This document shows positions 1-8,195 of a DNA stretch of 64,000 nt, piece after piece. The notes below the pieces were generated by a model that was not told the DNA's origin, searched no databases, and worked only from the letters and a program-made list of their open reading frames with translations. The position numbers were made by a program, and so were the translations under genes. Position 1 is the stretch's first letter, and each line of letters starts with the position of its first letter. The DNA comes from Octopus sinensis (Eukaryota): assembly GCF_006345805.1 (NCBI RefSeq), contig NC_042999.1, positions 142,786,001-142,850,000 on the forward strand, in the 5' to 3' direction.

Positions 1-311
1 CGTGCGTGCGTGCGCACATACACGCGAGTACTGTCCAAATCTCCGACCAATCACATACAGCTAGCTGGCATTCAATTGGCGTATCAAGTTTCGGGCATTT
101 TGATTGGGTTTTGGATAGAAAATTAACAAAAATTTCACTTCTATTGAGTTTTTAATGACTTTGCGGGGTGACTGGGGAAATGTAAAGATGTGCACGACCA
201 CCCTTGGACGGTTTTGAATGACCATAGAAAGTGCGATCCTTTTAACTGAAAAATTGTGGATTTGTATAATGGACAGACACGCAGACATTTTGCCGTTTAT
301 ATATAGAGAGA
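1..311 (-). mobile_element. Non-autonomous Helitron, 5' part (runs off window start)
   Basis: Minus strand begins A|TCTCTCTATATATAAACGGCAAAATGTCTGCGTGTCTGTCC at 311. This TC start plus TATATAAA and CTGTC-like repeats matches the Helitron at 5768. Confidence 0.55.
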
Positions 312-591
312 TTGCGATAGTAACCGGAAGTGACGACGTGACATCCCGTAATTTCATTAGGAGTTCCCAACCTTTTATGTGTCATCACCCACTTACACAG
401 GGGAAATTTTTCCACCGCCCACCTGTAGTGTAAATATTTAAAAAAGCAAACCAAAAATGTTTGGTAAAAGTTTATTACTGGTTCATAAATTGACTTTTTA
501 TGATGTACTAAAAAAATACAAAGGCACAGTTGATGGAAAATTTGTTCAGACAAAAAATTCGATTTTAGTTTTTCTTTTTTTTTTATAAATA

Positions 592-790
592 GTTTCAGCC
601 ATGCTGAAGCACCGCCTTTAGTCGACCAAATCGACCCCAGGACTTATTCCTTGTAAGCCTAGTACTTATTCTATCATTCTCTTTTGCCGAACAAAGAGGC
701 AAACACACCAAAGTTTGTCAAGCGATGATGGAGGACAAACACAAACAAAAATTCATACATATATATATATATTATATATATATTATAATA
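592..790 (-). mobile_element. tRNA-derived SINE, 3' tail and central microsatellite (left part of an interrupted copy)
   Basis: GCCATGCTGAAGCACCGCC...GACCCCAGGACTTATTC...AAGCCTAGTACTTATTC matches the same family at 3123, 22803 and 26750. Confidence 0.75.
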
Positions 791-2422
791 CAACACAAAA
801 TCGCAGACATAACCTTCACTGCCACCGACATCGTAGCAGCAATAAATGAGGTCAAACATTACTCCGCTGTAGGCCCTGATAGATTTCCCGCTAGTCTCCT
901 GAAGGAATGTAGATATCAACTTGCAGTCCCTCTGACCAACCTCTGGAGAAACTCGTTAGACGCAGGTTATATACCGAAAAAGTTTCTATCCCAGTCGGTC
1001 ATCCCGGTTTTCAAACAGAGAAACAGATCCCTCGCAGTCAACTATCGCCCAATCTCACTCACCTCCCACATCATTAAAGTGTTTGAAAGAGTGTTAAGAT
1101 CAAGGATAGCTGACTTCCTGGAGACCCGCAAACTCCTAAATTCAAATCAACATGGCTTTCGCTGTGGCAGGGACTGTCTAACACAGCTCTTACACCACAT
1201 TGAAGATGTACTCAAAGCCTTGGGAACAGGTTCGAACTCTGACGTCATATACCTTGACTTCAGTAAAGCGTTCGACAGGGTAGACCATAACATCCTACTC
1301 TCAAAATTGGCAAATGTTGGAATCCGTGGAAAAGTTCTACACTGGATTCAGTATTTCCTAGCGAATAGAACACAACATGTTGTAGTTGATGGAGTCCACT
1401 CAAACCCAGCAAAAGTCACCAGCGGTGTTCCCCAGGGAACTGTTTTGGGTCCGCTACTCTTCATAATTTATGTAAACGACCTTTCCAGTGTCGTACATCA
1501 CTGCAAAGTGAAAATATTCGCTGATGACACTAAGCTCCAGCAAATCGTCAATGAAGAAGCAGACCGAACTCAACTCCAGTCTGACCTATATGCTGTGAGT
1601 CAATGGGCAGACAGAAACAAAATGCAACTGAATGAGGGAAAATTTGAGCTGATGCATTTTGGAAGAAATTCCTCACTAAAACAACTATACTCTCTTCCTT
1701 CAGGGGAACCGCTCACAGCCTCTAACAATATCAGAGACCTGGGTGTAATTGTTGATGACGATCTCAGTTGGAGTGCACACATCAACAAGAAGGTCGATAC
1801 AGCTCGTAGGATGAGTTCCTGGATCTTAAGAACTTTCCGGTCCAGAGAACAAGGTGTCATCATACCACTTTTTTCATCCTTTGTACGGCCACACCTTGAA
1901 TACTGCTGCCCACTGTGGTCTCCTCACACAAGACAAAACATCTCCAGAATTGAGTCACCCCAGAGGGCTCTCACTAAACAAATTGAAGGCATGGCTGCTC
2001 TCGACTATTGGGATCGCCTTAAAGCCTTGAAACTTTACTCCCTCCAACGTCGCCGTGAGCGGTACATCATTTGTACGATGTGGAAAATATACCGCCAACT
2101 TTGCCCAAACGACCTAAACATTAGCTTCAAGGTTCATCCGAGACTTGGACCACGGGCTATACGTCCCCTGCCAAATTCAAGATCACAACATACATGTACA
2201 CTGCAACATAATTTCTTTTCCTCAACAGGCCCTGCCCTATTTAACATTGTCCCGAGGGAGATCAAAGAGGAAAAGGATCCCATCAACTTCAAACAGAGTC
2301 TGGATAGATTCCTTCAAAGAATACCAGACAAGCCACCCATAATTGGATACAACTCACCCAACAAGAACTCACTACTTGAACAAAACTGGATACAACTCAC
2401 CCAACAAGAACTCACTACTTGA
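725..2422 (+). CDS. Reverse transcriptase ORF of a 5'-truncated CR1-group LINE (no endonuclease domain; first ~23 codons come from the flanking SINE/AT tract)
   Basis: 565-aa open frame with NYRPISLTS, QHGFRCGRDCLTQLL, YLDFSKAFDRVDH, SGVPQGTVLGPLLF, FADDTK, RPHLEYCCPLWSP and SLQRRRERY motifs. Confidence 0.9.
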   Translation: MMEDKHKQKFIHIYIYYIYIIIQHKIADITFTATDIVAAINEVKHYSAVGPDRFPASLLKECRYQLAVPLTNLWRNSLDAGYIPKKFLSQSVIPVFKQRNRSLAVNYRPISLTSHIIKVFERVLRSRIADFLETRKLLNSNQHGFRCGRDCLTQLLHHIEDVLKALGTGSNSDVIYLDFSKAFDRVDHNILLSKLANVGIRGKVLHWIQYFLANRTQHVVVDGVHSNPAKVTSGVPQGTVLGPLLFIIYVNDLSSVVHHCKVKIFADDTKLQQIVNEEADRTQLQSDLYAVSQWADRNKMQLNEGKFELMHFGRNSSLKQLYSLPSGEPLTASNNIRDLGVIVDDDLSWSAHINKKVDTARRMSSWILRTFRSREQGVIIPLFSSFVRPHLEYCCPLWSPHTRQNISRIESPQRALTKQIEGMAALDYWDRLKALKLYSLQRRRERYIICTMWKIYRQLCPNDLNISFKVHPRLGPRAIRPLPNSRSQHTCTLQHNFFSSTGPALFNIVPREIKEEKDPINFKQSLDRFLQRIPDKPPIIGYNSPNKNSLLEQNWIQLTQQELTT

Positions 2423-2520
2423 ACAAAACTTGACTTAAACAGGATTCGAATAATCCTATCAGGTGGTGCTATTAAGTTAGACATGGCCTGGACCAATCTC
2501 TGGTCGAAACATATCTAAGT
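794..2520 (+). mobile_element. CR1-group LINE, 5'-truncated
   Basis: RT homology starts at ~794 directly after an (AT)n tract. A short 3' UTR follows the ORF to ~2520; the exact 3' end is uncertain. Confidence 0.85.
2345..2430. repeat. Perfect 43-bp tandem duplication at the LINE ORF 3' end
   Basis: GGATACAACTCACCCAACAAGAACTCACTACTTGAACAAAACT occurs at 2345-2387 and 2388-2430. It changes the C-terminus from EQNLT* to EQNWIQLTQQELTT*. Confidence 0.95.
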
Positions 2521-2531
2521 TTTTTATATAA

Positions 2532-2678
2532 GTGGTCTGTACTTTTATATGAACAGGTTTTCCTTGTTTAGGCCTTCTTGTAAGGAGATTGAACCTTTGC
2601 ATTGGTATAATGGAAAGATATGGAACACGTGATGTATACTGGAAAACCTGTTCATACAAAAGTACAGACCACACCTTA
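2532..2678. mobile_element. Short MITE with 32-bp inverted repeats (possibly Kolobok-like)
   Basis: GTGGTCTGTACTTTTATATGAACAGGTTTTCC (2532-2563) matches the reverse complement of 2641-2672 with 1 mismatch. The right end reads ...CC|TTAA. Confidence 0.65.
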
Positions 2679-2927
2679 ATATACAAACTTGACTACTTCA
2701 AAAATTATACTGAGGAGTTAATTGTCCCTTTTACCACCTGTTACCTCCCTTGGGCCACTCTCTAGAGTCATTCTTATTTTTTTAAGCATCCAAAACAATT
2801 CTTTGTCACAAGAATTGATTACTTCACACTGTCCCTTGAAAAACTAATTTAAATAGCAAAAACCGGTTGGATATCATTACATCCATAAAATATGTATATA
2901 TTTTTTCCACATTTTCAACAAGAAAAA

Positions 2928-3122
2928 CAACACACACACACACACACATATATATATACGACGGGCTTCTTTCAGTTTCCAGCTATCAAATCCACTCACA
3001 AGGCTTTGGTCCGCCAGAGGCTATAGCAGAAGACACTTGCCCAAGGTGCCACACAATGGGACTGAACCTGGAACCATGTGGTTGGCAATCTAGCTTCTTA
3101 CCAAATAGCCACTCCTGCGCCT
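2928..3122 (-). mobile_element. tRNA-derived SINE head and microsatellite
   Basis: Minus strand AGGCGCAGGAGTGGCTATTTGGTAAG...GGTTCCAGGTTCAGTCCC...GGGCAAGTGTCTTC, a tRNA-like A/B-box head. Confidence 0.8.
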
Positions 3123-3295
3123 ACCAAATTGCCCCTAGGACTTATTCTTTGTAAGCCTAGTACTTATTCTATCGTTCTGTCTTGCCGAACTACTAAGTTA
3201 CAGGGACGTAAATACACTAGCATCGGTCTTGAAGCGATGGTGGAGGGACAAACACAGATGCACAAACATATACATATCCCATACACACACACACA

Positions 3296-3331
<36 letters not shown>

Positions 3332-3445
3332 TGTATGTATGTATGTATGTATGTATGTATGTATGTATATACAACGGGCTTCTTTCAGTTTCCGTCCACC
3401 AAATCCATGTGTGTGGATTTGGTAGACGTAAACTGAAAGAAGCCC
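3123..3445 (-). mobile_element. Second SINE copy (tail, (TATG)n tract) ending in a fold-back inversion
   Basis: Same family tail at 3123-3270, (ATGT)n at ~3300-3368, and a 32-bp inverted repeat at 3376-3445. Confidence 0.8.
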
Positions 3446-3660
3446 TTTTAATAAATAACAGTAGTGAATCACTAAACCTGCTGTTGATATTTTTTGACAC
3501 TGCAAATTCTGCCGCGGCTGACTTTGCCTTTTATCCTTTCAGGGTCGACAAAATAGGCATCTATTGAGCACTGAGGCCAATGTAATCGCCCCCCCACTCC
3601 CCCGAATTTGCTGGCCTTGTGCCAAAATTTGAAACCGATATTCCTTGACATTAAATGCTG

Positions 3661-4290
3661 CTAGTGAACCACACAGTGAACTGTTAAAAGAGGATGCGAA
3701 AGTTCAGCCGTACGAAAATTCGAACTCCGGAGATTATGGATGAGTTGAAGTTCGACGGTGATAGCCATTTCATTTATACATAGAGGAAATGTTTTATTAT
3801 TAAGTTGAATTGTCTCGATAATTATGTCAGTCTTTTTATGCATTACAGTCGAGAGAACGTCTTAAATAACAGGTGGAAGTAATGTTTCTCCTATATGTGG
3901 GACTCATCAGTCTGCGACCAGTAACGCAATATTGTACGCCGCGATCATCCCGTTGTCTTGCTGCGTAGTTGCTTTCTGAAATTTTGTGATCAATGCTTTC
4001 CGCTTTTCGAAGGAAATCTTAAGTTGAAAGAAATATGACGAAGGGTTTTATCCGTCTAAACAGCACGCTTAGAATATAAATGACACATTAAGCGTTAAGA
4101 CTTTATGGTTTTGTTGCTTAAAATTTGATTACACATAAGACACAGAGGTAATTGACTGTTCTGAGCATTGCAATCACTTGACGACTTCAAGTGGCTGTCT
4201 TTTATATGAGCATGTGCATTGAGCTTTGAACAGGTCCCATCTTGGGTTAATATATGTTGAAATACTTTTTTAGTACTCAAAATCCTATAT
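3661..4290 (-). pseudogene. Degenerate hAT (Buster/Charlie-type) transposase N-terminal fragment
   Basis: Minus-frame pieces QLPLCLMCNQILSNKTIKS (BED-finger-like) and TIQLNNKTFPLCINEMAITVELQLIHNLRSSNF (ZBED5-like 'IPLSNNTV..RI.EMA' block). Contains stops and frameshifts. Confidence 0.65.
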
Positions 4291-4443
4291 TGTCCACTAA
4301 AATTCCAAATCGACTACCACTTTCTGTTTTCAGATGCTCACTGCGCACTCAACTGTTGAAATCGCCAACCGGTGGGCGATATCGTCCAGGATGAAAACCT
4401 CGATGTAAACATTGTATGTGATGTACTGGTGTATTCAATATAT

Positions 4444-4525
4444 CAGTGATTCTTAATCATATTTTATCTATGGACCCCTTTGATTACTATTCTATTCTTA
4501 AATGGACCCCAGTTGAGAACCATTG
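4444..4525. mobile_element. 82-bp hAT (Buster-type) MITE
   Basis: Termini CAGTGATTCTTAATC and GTTGAGAACCATTG. 8-bp TSD CAATATAT (4436-4443) / CAATACAT (4526-4533) with the central TA typical of Buster targets. Confidence 0.8.
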
Positions 4526-4730
4526 CAATACATATATTTGATATATAGATGAATAAGTTGATGTATATCACGTCGGGGTCACCATTTTAGATGGATAGGT
4601 TGTCTTCCATCTAATGTGACTCTACTCAGAAGGCTGTAATATCATTTGACAGGAACACGGTATAAAGAAATACATGGAACAAGGTGGTAACTTTAAATGT
4701 CTTTAATGCTGGCCACACATATATATATAC

Positions 4731-5690
4731 ACAGCCTGAATGATAAATGGAAGTGGTTGATGGACATTTATTCATATATCTACATGCTTCTGCGTGGGTT
4801 GTATGTTTGCTGTTAACCTGGTGAGGAACTCACGAACAGCGATATATAAGAACCTGTGCAGTTTTGTCGATGCTGTGTAGATGTTGTTGACGACGTTGGT
4901 AAGAGACATGATCAGTAATCTGTAATCCTCCCTGTAATCTGTAATCCTCTCTTTTCGAGGGAGGATTACAGATTTCTCCGTGGGGACCCCGACTTGCTGG
5001 TGCAGGATTGCTTGAAGACCGCAAGAGAGCTAAGCGGGGATTAATATAAGAGGTTTATTGCCTCAAGTATGTATTAAATTTGTAATGGACTTTTTAGTCC
5101 AAATAAATTGTATGTATTGAAAAATTGTAAGAGGTTTAATACCTCAATGTATGTTTAATATTGAAAAATTGTAAGAGGGTTAATACCTCAATATATGTTT
5201 AAATATTGACAAATGTAAGAGGTTGAATACCTCAATGTATGCTTGTGAAAGAACAATGTTATAGAGAAGCAGAGGGTCAGCGGGCGCTTTCTGTCTTCTC
5301 CCATCCTTATTATTTTCGTATCATTATCATTCATTTCATTAATGTCTTGTCCAGCCGGCAAAGCTAGCTAATCTTTGTACTGTCTTTATGACAAATTTAA
5401 TAAAATAAAGAGACATGATGGTGGCGACGAAGATGGAGGTAGCTGTAATGTGGTTGGTGGTTAGACCTTAAAAGGTCTGGAACCAACAGACCCGTCGTGA
5501 CTAGGAGGAGGTGAGATTTTATAGCTAACGGTAGGCTCAAACGTAGTTTTGAGGCTGAGATTGGTTGGGTTGCATATCGGAGCGCGATAGAGTAAGAGAC
5601 AAATTGCGCCAATACCAACCAATCAGAGTGGTAGACACAATGGGGTCCAAAGCATCGTCCAAAGATTAGCTGTTACCTGCTACGTTCGTA
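4731..5690 (-). other. Unclassified ~950-bp hairpin-rich insertion between (TA)n tracts, with minus-strand CCAAT/TATA, two short ORFs and AATAAA
   Basis: CCAAT boxes at 5560, 5609 and 5619; TATAAAA at 5517-5523; ORFs 5416-5339 and 4909-4772; AATAAA at 4767-4772; ~44-bp repeats at 5049-5240. Confidence 0.5.
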
Positions 5691-5767
5691 TGTATATATA
5701 TATATAATAGAGAGGAAGTTCACTAGAGCTCGCTACAAAAATATAACATGAAAACCGTATATATATA

Positions 5768-6279
5768 TCTATATATATAAAACTGTAGTTGTGTGAGTGT
5801 CTGTCCCCTTCGATTTAGATTCCTAACCACTCCCACATTTTGCGGTGCAGTTTAACCAAATTCGGGTATCTTATAGTCGTGATTCATATCGAGCCCGTCT
5901 GAGTATTAGCGCGCGTCTACGATGAGTCTACGATTTTAAAAATAATTTAACATCATTTTTATTCCATTTTAATGCATAATTTTTCGTGTGTCGATGGCGG
6001 CGGAGTTGGCGTCCATGGTCACACCTGCACCTGTTTGCTTCTCCCCCTTCTTCACTCCCTCGTGAAGCTGTGGGGAAGGGAGTGTAAGGAAATCAACGTC
6101 GTAAAGCGTTGTCAAGGAGACCAGCGTTCTTTTAGAACAACGACTTCATGGCTTGAAGACACCAAAACAGAAATGGCTAAGAAAGCCCGAATTGGCATCT
6201 ATAAGGGAAGTAACTCTCTAAAAATGCTTATATAGTTATTTCCCTTACAAATCCGAGCAACGCCGGGCGATACTGCTAG
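5768..6279 (+). mobile_element. Complete non-autonomous Helitron (512 bp)
   Basis: A|TCTATATATATAAAACTG at the 5' end, subterminal GC hairpin CCGAGCAACGCCGGG, and CTAG|T at the 3' end; inserted into an AT dinucleotide. Confidence 0.85.
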
Positions 6280-6378
6280 TCGTATATAAAGTTTTCTCGA
6301 TCTTTAAATTTGTTTCGCCACACATACTCATGAAAATATGATGAAATAAATCATCGCTAATCCCACATTGTCACTTAC

Positions 6379-6470
6379 GTTTCTTCTAGATAAGTATCTA
6401 TTGCCCTTCTGTAGCCAATGGATGCCGTCATCGTTTGGAACAAAATTGAATGAATTGTTGACAGCTTCAT
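6379..6470 (-). CDS. Candidate first coding exon of an unidentified divergent gene (MKLSTIHSILFQTMTASIGYRRAIDTYLEE-T)
   Basis: ATG at 6470 lies ~75 nt downstream of the ETS/X-box module. The frame is open to a consensus donor AC|GTAAGT at 6379/6378. No homology recognised. Confidence 0.35.
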
Positions 6471-6543
6471 GCGTATAGAAGTTACCGAGACCCACATAGG
6501 AAGCCCACCAGTCGAATATCAAACGTGTTTCATGAGATTTTGA

Positions 6544-6748
6544 AATATCACTGTCGTCACTTCCGGTTTCTATAGCAATATACTTTCATTTATTAAGGAC
6601 AGTTTACTTTCACTATTTAACGACGTTAAATCATGCTAACCAACTGTGGAGCTGGTGGGGGGTTACCAGAAGTATAGGGCCAATGACGTCTCGTGAGCCA
6701 CGGAGCAGCCTGGCCGGACGGACGGATAGAGTCAGTGACATGACGTCA
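6544..6748. promoter_or_regulatory. CpG-rich promoter-like region: ETS (ACCGGAAGTG), X-box-like GTTTCTATAGCAAT, CRE sites
   Basis: CACTTCCGG at 6558-6566, GTTTCTATAGCAAT at 6566-6579, TGACGTC at 6684, perfect TGACGTCA at 6741-6748. Confidence 0.5.
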
Positions 6749-6759
6749 ATGGAAGGACG
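6683..6759 (+). CDS. Candidate plus-strand first exon or uORF (MTSREPRSSLAGRTDRVSDMTSMEG-R)
   Basis: Three in-frame ATGs in GC-rich sequence, ending at donor CG|GTAAGC (6759/6760), phase 2. Confidence 0.25.
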
Positions 6760-7043
6760 GTAAGCATGGCTCTCTTTTGCTTTGAGTTGTCGCTATGGAC
6801 TGACGGGATGAATGTGTGAGCCCGGGGATTCTGCCGCTAGGTTCTGGCCTCAGTTATATAATGTATGGCCAAAAAGTAGGTCAAACCTAAAACAATGGAC
6901 TGATCATTCTACGACCATCTAAGGTCTCCGGAGGTTGGATGTTTCTCATTAATCTCCCAGCATAGAGATAAAACTCTATGGACCAGACATTCGTCTGACA
7001 AGCAACAAGTGTGTGGATTCGGTTTCGAATCTTCAACTAAACA

Positions 7044-7048
<5 letters not shown>

Positions 7049-7085
<37 letters not shown>

Positions 7086-7135
7086 GCATGCACGCACGCA
7101 CACACACACACACCACACACACACACACACACACA
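7049..7135. repeat. (CA)n/(CACG)n microsatellite
   Basis: Direct reading. Confidence 0.95.
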
Positions 7136-7223
7136 TGTATATGTACAAGAATTAAGGAATGGAAGTTGACCTTCTTCCTACACCTCGGTCCTTTGATCTT
7201 CCATTTATGTATACATATATATA

Positions 7224-7490
7224 CAGGTCGTCGTCGACTTACGACCGATCGACTTTACGACGATTGGTGTGCCAGCTCCCGGGAGCAATGATAAAGTTAA
7301 GTTGAAATTTTAAGGGTTTAAAGAAATTAAACCGTCTACGGATGATGTCAGCTAACAAACGCTTCCCCTAGGTTTGGTTGTCGATCGCCACTGTGTTAGT
7401 TGACTATCCTGTCGCGGAGATATCGAGGCAACCACGAATTTGTTTATAAGACGCCAGTATAATGGTATAATACAGAATGCAGTGTGTGAT
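7224..7490. mobile_element. pogo/Tigger-like MITE fragment
   Basis: TA|CAGGTCGTCGTCGACTTACGAC terminus resembles the Tigger-type TIR CAGGTAGTCCTCGACTTACGAC. The other end is not clear. Confidence 0.45.
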
Positions 7491-7555
7491 TTTACCTGAG
7501 AATGTACCTTAAGAATGTAAAAATATAAACAAAGTTATGTAGGCCTATAGGCCGA

Positions 7556-7592
<37 letters not shown>

Positions 7593-7679
7593 GGTACTGT
7601 AAATTTATAGTGAATACTTGATAAGTGTAAACACCTGTATATGTCAGATAGTGGCAGAGGTGAGAGTAATTTATATTTG

Positions 7680-7714
<35 letters not shown>

Positions 7715-7747
7715 GATGTCCGCTTGCTTTAGTTGGTACAATCATGG

Positions 7748-7801
<54 letters not shown>
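7748..7801. repeat. (ATT)n microsatellite
   Basis: Direct reading. Confidence 0.95.
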
Positions 7802-7803
<2 letters not shown>

Positions 7804-8080
7804 ATTAATATTAATTTTATTGACTTTTTTGTGTGGTTACACCTTTTAATAGACTGGACTGTTAAATATATATGCCTGCTTTAAATGTGAGTGTACATGT
7901 ATTTCCTTGATGTTGGTTATAGAACTATGAGTTCAATGTGGAACATTATTGTGTTTGTTAATGTATATTGACCTATATTGTTTATATTGTATTATTGTGT
8001 GTATATATATATGTGTAGAAATATGAGTGTCTATGCACACATTTATATTTATATGTAAATTTTTTTCATACTTACATTAA

Positions 8081-8195
8081 ATTCTCTGAAGAGGCCGTGA
8101 GACATTCTTGTTAATGTCTCATTTATACCTGCTTTATATAGCTAATAGGTTAAATGAGACATACCTGTCTTCACGGCCGAAACAGCTGTCAGCTA
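8081..8195 (+). ncRNA. Type I hammerhead ribozyme motif (Penelope-like pLTR type) with palindromic stem III
   Basis: CTGAAGA at 8086-8092; stem II GGCCGTGA (8093-8100) / TCACGGCC (8171-8178); GAAAC at 8179-8183; palindrome ACAGCTGT at 8182-8189; GTC cleavage triplet ending 8190; AATAAA downstream at ~8286. Confidence 0.75.

Noticed and set aside
358-560. TAGGAGTTCCCAACCTTTT resembling a hAT terminus that might belong to the 3661-4290 transposase relic
   Set aside because: No matching partner end or TSD could be identified.
5049-5240. Palindromic ~44-bp repeats considered as a CRISPR-like array or hammerhead repeats
   Set aside because: The units are contiguous with no unique spacers, no cas genes are present, and there is no CUGANGA/GAAA core.
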